A stretch of DNA of 64,000 nucleotides from an uncultured virus (IMG/VR IMGVR_UViG_3300002461_000499). Its lineage: Duplodnaviria > Heunggongvirae > Uroviricota > Caudoviricetes. Location: the IMG/VR virus record IMGVR_UViG_3300002461_000499. One strand, 5' to 3'. The stretch's first letter is position 1. Every line of letters starts with the position of its first letter. The notes beneath the pieces are model-generated. The model did not search any database. It had not been told where the DNA came from and saw only the letters and a list, made by a program, of their open reading frames with translations. Position numbers and translations under genes: made by a program. Below, in pieces: positions 58,617 to 64,000 of this stretch.

Positions 58617-59465
58617 ATGGACTTAATTTTCACTCACATTTACGAGGCTGCACGCTCCGAAATGGGATTGACGCGCGACGAATACGCGCTTTGCAATTAC
58701 ATTTCGGTTTGGTCGGCACATCCGGCATCCGCCCGGCCTGGATGGTGTAATCGAACACTGAAACAAAAAGCAAAATGGATCGGTGTAACTGAACGCGGTT
58801 TGACAAAGATGCAAAACCGCATGATTAAACTGAACCTGGTCGAAAAGGATTCAATCACCGCACACACCCGGACGACGGTCGCTTGGTTCGATATGGTCAA
58901 CCGGGCGAAATCAAAGGAACAAAGTTCCCTATCAGGTGAGGAACAAAGTTCCGTCGATCAGGGAACAAAGTTCCGTCGGCATAGGGAACAAAGTTCCGTC
59001 GGCATAGGGAACAAAGTTCCGCCACATAGTAATGTTCCTTTATTAATCCTTGATAATGATTTTGAAGTAATAGAGGGCGCCGAAAAAGTTTCGGCTTCGC
59101 CTGTCGAAGTTGTTATCGAATTCCTGAATCAAACTTTAAAACCTGTTCGCCCGTATAGTCCGAAAACAAAAAAAACGGTTGAATCAATTAACGCCCGCCT
59201 GAAAGAAAAGTACACTGTCGACGACATTTGTCTCGTGATCGAATTCAAAACGCAGGAATGGTCGGGGAACCCAAAAATGGAACCCTACTTGCGCCCGGAA
59301 ACGTTATTCGGAACACAGAAATTCGAGGGATATTTGATTGCGGCAAGCAACTGGCAAGCGAAAGGAAAACCAAAAAATAAAAATGGACATGGAACAAACG
59401 GCATTAATTCGGCAGCCCCAGACATTGCCAGCGACGCAACTGTCGGGGCTTTCAGCGACTATTGA
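58617..59465 (+). CDS. Replication initiator/replisome organiser
   Basis: N-terminal wHTH-like region; C-terminal INARLKE.YT...W......YLRPETLFG..KFEGYL conserved phage domain. Confidence 0.8.
   Translation: MDLIFTHIYEAARSEMGLTRDEYALCNYISVWSAHPASARPGWCNRTLKQKAKWIGVTERGLTKMQNRMIKLNLVEKDSITAHTRTTVAWFDMVNRAKSKEQSSLSGEEQSSVDQGTKFRRHREQSSVGIGNKVPPHSNVPLLILDNDFEVIEGAEKVSASPVEVVIEFLNQTLKPVRPYSPKTKKTVESINARLKEKYTVDDICLVIEFKTQEWSGNPKMEPYLRPETLFGTQKFEGYLIAASNWQAKGKPKNKNGHGTNGINSAAPDIASDATVGAFSDY
58916..59020 (+). repeat. Iteron array, probable replication origin
   Basis: GGAACAAAGTTCC at 58916, 58940, 58962, 58985, 59008, followed by an AT-rich tract. Confidence 0.85.
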
Positions 59466-60792
59466 AAGCACGGGCGCGGTCAATATGTTGCAAGCGTCGA
59501 TCCCGGCTGTTGCCCGGTGCATCGAAGCAATGCGAAACGATCCGTTGTTGAATGCTTTTCCTTTCGACAAAGTTACTTTCGCGGAAATTGTGTTGCGTGT
59601 AATCAGACAGGGCACGCCCCTGGAACGCGCCGCAATGGCAAAGCACCTCACGCCCGAGGCTTGCTTTTTCTTTCCGTCGACATCGCAAACGATCAAAGGT
59701 TCGGTCAATGTTCAGGACGTGATCGACAATGTATTCAAACCGATGTTCGGTTTGTTGTGCGACCATTTCGGCGTGAACTTTTTCGGCAACATGGACACGG
59801 TCGCTTATTCGTTGATGACGGAATTCGGCGGGCTGTCGTACGCTGATTTTATGTTGTGTTTCGAGCGGGTCAAAAACGGCCGGTACGTTCGCGAAACGCA
59901 ACACATAATGACGCGCGGTATCAATGCCGAATTTATGTCCGCCTGGCTGAAACAATACGCCGAGGAAAGGGAACATTGCCGGGATGCTGCATATAAACAG
60001 TACAGCCCGGAAAATACGCCGATCACCGGCGGCGACCCGGTGACGGGTGAACGAATCGCAGAATACAATCGAGCGAAAATTGGCGCGAAGCAACGGCGCG
60101 ACGATTTGCAACACATTGCGGATACGGCGTTCGATGAATGGGAAAACGACCTCTATACATCCGGCGTGTATCGTCAAGGGTTCAAAACGATTTTTGTTGA
60201 ACGCGATGATCTTGACGAAAACGGTGATAAGCAGTACAATTCCGACGGCACCGTGAAAAAGAAAAGTGTTCGACAGGAAGTGTTGTGTGCATCCGACGAC
60301 CCGAACGTTTCGAGATTCGACGACTATGCGATTCGAGTGCCGAAACCCGGCGCCCTGGAACGCAAGGTCAAGCGGATCATTTACGAATTTATTTGCGACG
60401 GTGATCGTCAAGCAATGGAAACTTACTTTGCCGAGTTCATCGAACGCGTACGGAACAAATACGCTGACGAGGAAAACCCGTCCGCTTTCATAGAATCAGA
60501 ATTGAAGATAATTCTTTCCGCATTCACGACAGTAAAGCGAAATTTGCCGGGGGCGAAAATGATTGAACAAATGTATCGGGCTGCATATCCCGATGCGACG
60601 CAAGGCGAAATCGCTGCATCGGTTCGGCGTGACCTCGACGACATTGACGTTCAGTATTTCGATGATTATTTGCCGCACTGCATACAAAAGAAATACCCGC
60701 GTTTGGATCGTGACGAATTTGTCATTGTCGTATCTATGGCCGGGTATTTGAATCAAGGATTTCCCAACGTGTTCAAAGGACTTTTTGAATGA
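59383..60792 (+). CDS. Hypothetical replication-associated protein
   Basis: Follows initiator; LSYADFMLCFERVKNGRY segment. Confidence 0.65.
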   Translation: MDMEQTALIRQPQTLPATQLSGLSATIESTGAVNMLQASIPAVARCIEAMRNDPLLNAFPFDKVTFAEIVLRVIRQGTPLERAAMAKHLTPEACFFFPSTSQTIKGSVNVQDVIDNVFKPMFGLLCDHFGVNFFGNMDTVAYSLMTEFGGLSYADFMLCFERVKNGRYVRETQHIMTRGINAEFMSAWLKQYAEEREHCRDAAYKQYSPENTPITGGDPVTGERIAEYNRAKIGAKQRRDDLQHIADTAFDEWENDLYTSGVYRQGFKTIFVERDDLDENGDKQYNSDGTVKKKSVRQEVLCASDDPNVSRFDDYAIRVPKPGALERKVKRIIYEFICDGDRQAMETYFAEFIERVRNKYADEENPSAFIESELKIILSAFTTVKRNLPGAKMIEQMYRAAYPDATQGEIAASVRRDLDDIDVQYFDDYLPHCIQKKYPRLDRDEFVIVVSMAGYLNQGFPNVFKGLFE

Positions 60793-61142
60793 GCAAACAA
60801 GATCACTTTAAAACGACGCACGGTCTGAAACTGAATGTTTCTGAAACGTCACCTTTTCCCGGTTACGCCGCTTTTTCCCTGGGCGGCGTGGCCGGGTTTT
60901 TCAGCATCCCCCAGGCGGATATGTCGGTCGACATTATATTCGGCGACATCGTCATCGGTGAACACATTCAGGACACAATCGAATGGTTCGAGGAAACCGC
61001 CCGAGAAATCAACGCAATCGGTTTGCGGGTGATCGGATGCAAAGACAACGATTTGCGGGCGTACTTGCGCGACAAATACGGCTTTCAAAATATTCGCGAC
61101 GGCGTCCTGTTGAAAACGATTGTTAAAATTGTAATGAACTGA
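60789..61142 (+). CDS. Hypothetical protein
   Basis: ATGA-coupled ORF. Confidence 0.55.
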   Translation: MSKQDHFKTTHGLKLNVSETSPFPGYAAFSLGGVAGFFSIPQADMSVDIIFGDIVIGEHIQDTIEWFEETAREINAIGLRVIGCKDNDLRAYLRDKYGFQNIRDGVLLKTIVKIVMN

Positions 61143-61465
61143 TGGCCGGCACTCTATTTAAACCCGTCGCCGTCGTCGGCCCTTTTTACAAATCCGATCC
61201 GGGCGGGTTGCTATATTATGGAACCGATGAATGGTCACGGTTCTACGACGAACAAATCGCCGGGCCTGGATGGATTGCGCAGCTCGACGCGCTTTTCAGT
61301 AAACCGAACGAATGGAATTTCGATGAATTCAAAGAATGGGCGCCGGACGAAAAATTCGACGAGGTGTTCAATAATGTTTTCAAAAAAGATATTGACGTGC
61401 TGCCGTCGCTGGAATCAATATTTGAATTTTCCGCCTTACTATTCAAAAACGTATTCAAGATATGA
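61142..61465 (+). CDS. Hypothetical protein
   Basis: TGATG-coupled ORF. Confidence 0.55.
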   Translation: MAGTLFKPVAVVGPFYKSDPGGLLYYGTDEWSRFYDEQIAGPGWIAQLDALFSKPNEWNFDEFKEWAPDEKFDEVFNNVFKKDIDVLPSLESIFEFSALLFKNVFKI

Positions 61466-61959
61466 CACGTTTCGGCAAGTCCTGGCGCAAGATCAAACAG
61501 GACGAAAAGACCGGACAATTCTACACGTCCGAATCAGACTTGCAAAAATCTTGCGTTCAGCGTTTTCACACGATTCATTCAGAATTCGCCGACCTGTTGT
61601 TCTCGATCCCGAACGGCGCAATCGTCGGCGGACTTGTTGCAAAGTCCGGGCACCCGGTCGCCGCTTCAATCCTTGTCGGCGAAGGGATGAAAAAAGGCGT
61701 GCCCGATCTTTTCCTCGCTTTCCCTCGTGCCGGTTTTCACGGCCTGTTTATTGAAATGAAAACGATTGTCGGGTCACTGTCAAAGGATCAGCGCAAATAC
61801 CTGAAATTGTTTGCTGCAAAAGGTTACGCCGTTGCCGTCTGTAAAACGATTGACGAATTTGATTCGACGATTGAATCGTACATGAAAAGCCTGTTTGTAC
61901 AAACGCCAGTCTGGGCCTACAAACGGGAAATCGCAGCACTTGAAAAAAAAGTCGCCTGA
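61462..61959 (+). CDS. VRR-NUC domain nuclease (Holliday junction resolvase-like)
   Basis: SESDLQ, IPNG, GVPDL, LFIEMK, SKDQ. Confidence 0.85.
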   Translation: MTRFGKSWRKIKQDEKTGQFYTSESDLQKSCVQRFHTIHSEFADLLFSIPNGAIVGGLVAKSGHPVAASILVGEGMKKGVPDLFLAFPRAGFHGLFIEMKTIVGSLSKDQRKYLKLFAAKGYAVAVCKTIDEFDSTIESYMKSLFVQTPVWAYKREIAALEKKVA

Positions 61960-62029
61960 ATTTGTTAATGTGTTTGCCGGGATAAAAACCCCGGCGTAAT
62001 ATTGCACAACTTAAATTCGCAATCTCATT

Positions 62030-62446
62030 ATGAAAATGATTACTGTAAATTTTGACGGGTCGTGTGAACCTGTCAACCCCGGCGGAAACATGGGGTTCGG
62101 CGCCCTTATCAAGCAAGACGGCAAAACCGTTTTCGCCGGTTCCGGGTCTACCGCCGCGAACCCTGCAAACTCGAACAACGTCGCCGAATACAAGGCACTT
62201 GTTTTGGCGCTCGAATGGCTGATCGAAAACGGTCACACGGAAGATTCAATCGTCGTTCAGGGCGATTCGCAACTCGTCATCCAACAAATGGCCGGCAACT
62301 GGCGGGCGAAAGGCGGCATGTACTTCGCGACCTACAAACAGGCGAAAGAACTTGCCGCAAATTTCAGTCACATTTCTTTTCACTGGATACCCCGTGCCGA
62401 AAACGCCGAGGCCGACAACCTGTCACGATCCGAAGCAATTCAATAA
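62030..62446 (+). CDS. rnhA: Ribonuclease HI
   Basis: FDGSCEPVNPG, NNVAEY, GDSQLVI, WIPRAENAEADNLS. Confidence 0.92.
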   Translation: MKMITVNFDGSCEPVNPGGNMGFGALIKQDGKTVFAGSGSTAANPANSNNVAEYKALVLALEWLIENGHTEDSIVVQGDSQLVIQQMAGNWRAKGGMYFATYKQAKELAANFSHISFHWIPRAENAEADNLSRSEAIQ

Positions 62447-62486
62447 ATTTCCCTCATACTTTTCACCATCAAAATTTACGAATGCC

Positions 62487-63191
62487 ATGTATCAAAAGAA
62501 AGAAAACCCCGAAAAGCAAGAACAACTCGATCCGGCCGGGTACAAAGAAGAATTCAAAGTCCCCGGTGATGAAATGCCGAAAGGCAAAGCAATCGGGTAT
62601 ATGCGATTTGTCGTGATGGAACTTGACGAACCTGATCCTGTTACCGGCGCAAAACACGTCATGCTGGCAGACGGCAACCCGAGCGAATTTACTTTTTTCA
62701 AAGTCCTGGTCGATTACCTTGCCGAAAGTGATGACATGTATCGTCGTTTTTCGGTTGCGATGGAAGCGGCGACCGCAATGCGCAAACTGAACGAAGGCGA
62801 CATCATGGGCTTGTTTGAAACCCTGGGCAAAACCGTACGCGAAAGAACCCGGTCGCGCCGGTTCCCGTCCGGCGGCTTTGGCGACGGCCTGTCTGAATTG
62901 CGCGATTTCTTGACCGGGGCACAACGTCACAGTTCCCGCAAATTTCGCACACCTGATATTGAAATGAAAATCGGCGTCCTGGGCGGCGACGACCTCGCTG
63001 AACTTATGAAGTTTTTACGCGAAAACGATGACGACGAAACCGATACCGATACGCTTGCCGCAATAATGCGCAAGGCGACCGGCGGTAAAGGTTGCGACTG
63101 TGACGAATGCCGGGCCGAACAAGCCCGCGTCGCGAAGGAAAAAGCCGAAAAGGATCAGGCACCGCCGGACATTCAGCCGACGCAAAATTAA
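62487..63191 (+). CDS. Hypothetical protein
   Basis: ATG 62487; CDCDEC near C-terminus. Confidence 0.65.
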   Translation: MYQKKENPEKQEQLDPAGYKEEFKVPGDEMPKGKAIGYMRFVVMELDEPDPVTGAKHVMLADGNPSEFTFFKVLVDYLAESDDMYRRFSVAMEAATAMRKLNEGDIMGLFETLGKTVRERTRSRRFPSGGFGDGLSELRDFLTGAQRHSSRKFRTPDIEMKIGVLGGDDLAELMKFLRENDDDETDTDTLAAIMRKATGGKGCDCDECRAEQARVAKEKAEKDQAPPDIQPTQN

Positions 63192-63277
63192 CCGGCACTT
63201 GCCGACAGCATAGGGGCGGGAAAGGTTCGCCCGCCCCGACTTTTTCACAAAATTTTCACCCGTCAAATTTTCAACAA

Positions 63278-63721
63278 ATGACAAATTTATTTATCCCCGG
63301 CGACGGTACTGTGATCGAAAACAAAATGTTCATGGAATCGAACGCCGACGAAATTCTCGAAGGTCACGAATACCGACGCAAACTTACCGAGGAAGAAATC
63401 GAAAACGAGAAAACCGAATTCGCCGAACGGTCGATCAAGGTTGAACGCCTGAACGAAGAAAAAGCGGCGATCCTTGCCGAAATGAACGCAAAGATCAAAG
63501 CCGAAACAGCCCTTGCGAAAAAGGCACTGAACCTGATTCGTCGCGGCGAAATGACTGTAACCGAAACCGTGTATCTGGTCAAGGATCAGAACGAAGGCAT
63601 GGTCGGCACATACACCGTCGACGGCGTGCTGATCGACGAACGCAAAATGCGGGGCACCGAGCGCCAGAAAACGATTTACACGAAAGAAGCGGTCAACTAC
63701 AAAACCGGTACGGACAATTAA
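63278..63721 (+). CDS. Conserved-type phage hypothetical protein
   Basis: ATG 63278; coiled coil then GMVGTY..DG.LI.ER. Confidence 0.7.
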   Translation: MTNLFIPGDGTVIENKMFMESNADEILEGHEYRRKLTEEEIENEKTEFAERSIKVERLNEEKAAILAEMNAKIKAETALAKKALNLIRRGEMTVTETVYLVKDQNEGMVGTYTVDGVLIDERKMRGTERQKTIYTKEAVNYKTGTDN

Positions 63722-63779
63722 ACCGAACTGAAACAATTTTAAAAACGCGACATTGTCGCACCTTCATCATTTCTTTAAA

Positions 63780-64000
63780 ATGGATAATATAAAAAACAGT
63801 TTCGTATTGCCCGAGGGTACATCCGAATTAATCATTCGCGAAGGTCAAGCGCCCGACGTTGTTCAGCCTGACCCCTATAAATTTTCGGGCTTGCTCGATG
63901 CACCCGGTATTTATTTCACAAAGCGACAGGCAGCCCAGGGCGGGAAATATTTCGACCCGCAACATTCCGTCGTCGAAGTCGATTACGATGCGCAAAAAAT
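63780..64000 (+). CDS. Hypothetical protein (3' truncated)
   Basis: Open frame MDNIKNSFVLPEGTSELIIREGQAP... to the window end. Confidence 0.6.
   Translation, partial: MDNIKNSFVLPEGTSELIIREGQAPDVVQPDPYKFSGLLDAPGIYFTKRQAAQGGKYFDPQHSVVEVDYDAQK

Larger units (their letters stand above)
1..64000 (+). mobile_element. Tailed phage genome segment (probable Bacteroidota siphovirus)
   Basis: Terminase, portal, S49 protease, capsid, tail tube, tape measure, endolysin and replication initiator; tightly packed co-oriented genes; no host housekeeping genes. Confidence 0.95.

Noticed and set aside
58916..59020. Short regular repeats as a CRISPR array
   Set aside because: 13 bp repeats with 9-11 nt near-identical spacers, inside a CDS, no cas genes; fits iterons
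1..64000. Stop-codon reassignment, integrase/att sites, tRNA genes
   Set aside because: Genes are intact and densely packed under the standard bacterial code; no integrase or cloverleaf recognised, so lifestyle cannot be determined from this window

Overview
The window is a 64 kb segment of a tailed dsDNA phage genome (Caudoviricetes, probably a siphovirus given the tape measure and tail tube and no recognisable sheath). Essentially all credible genes are on the + strand. The host is most likely a Bacteroidota member: TAnnTTTG-type -7 promoter boxes, A-rich leaders without obvious Shine-Dalgarno motifs, and Bacteroidota-style lipoprotein signals. Layout: accessory/DNA-modification genes (C5 methyltransferase, HAD, ParB-like, ABC-ATPase/GNAT, HD-like; 1-10 kb); TerS/TerL; tail chaperone, two lipoprotein hydrolases, tape measure and tail genes (15.7-28.7 kb, with an assembly gap); NTase-like and HTH genes; protease, scaffold, capsid, tail tube, portal (30-36 kb); signal-peptide-bearing fibre/spike genes; lysis region containing a stand-alone PAS protein and a GH19 endolysin (44-46 kb); early region with repeated promoters; recombination genes; a membrane-protein/GIY-YIG cluster; and a replication initiator with an internal iteron array, VRR-NUC and RNase HI. 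No integrase, tRNA, CRISPR array or reverse transcriptase was seen. Most notable: two probable -1 recoding sites (A10 joining ABC-ATPase to a Mom-like GNAT; T9 in the tail chaperone), a PAS sensor in the lysis cassette, and a set of exported enzymes and fibre-like proteins. All family assignments are by motif recognition, not database search.
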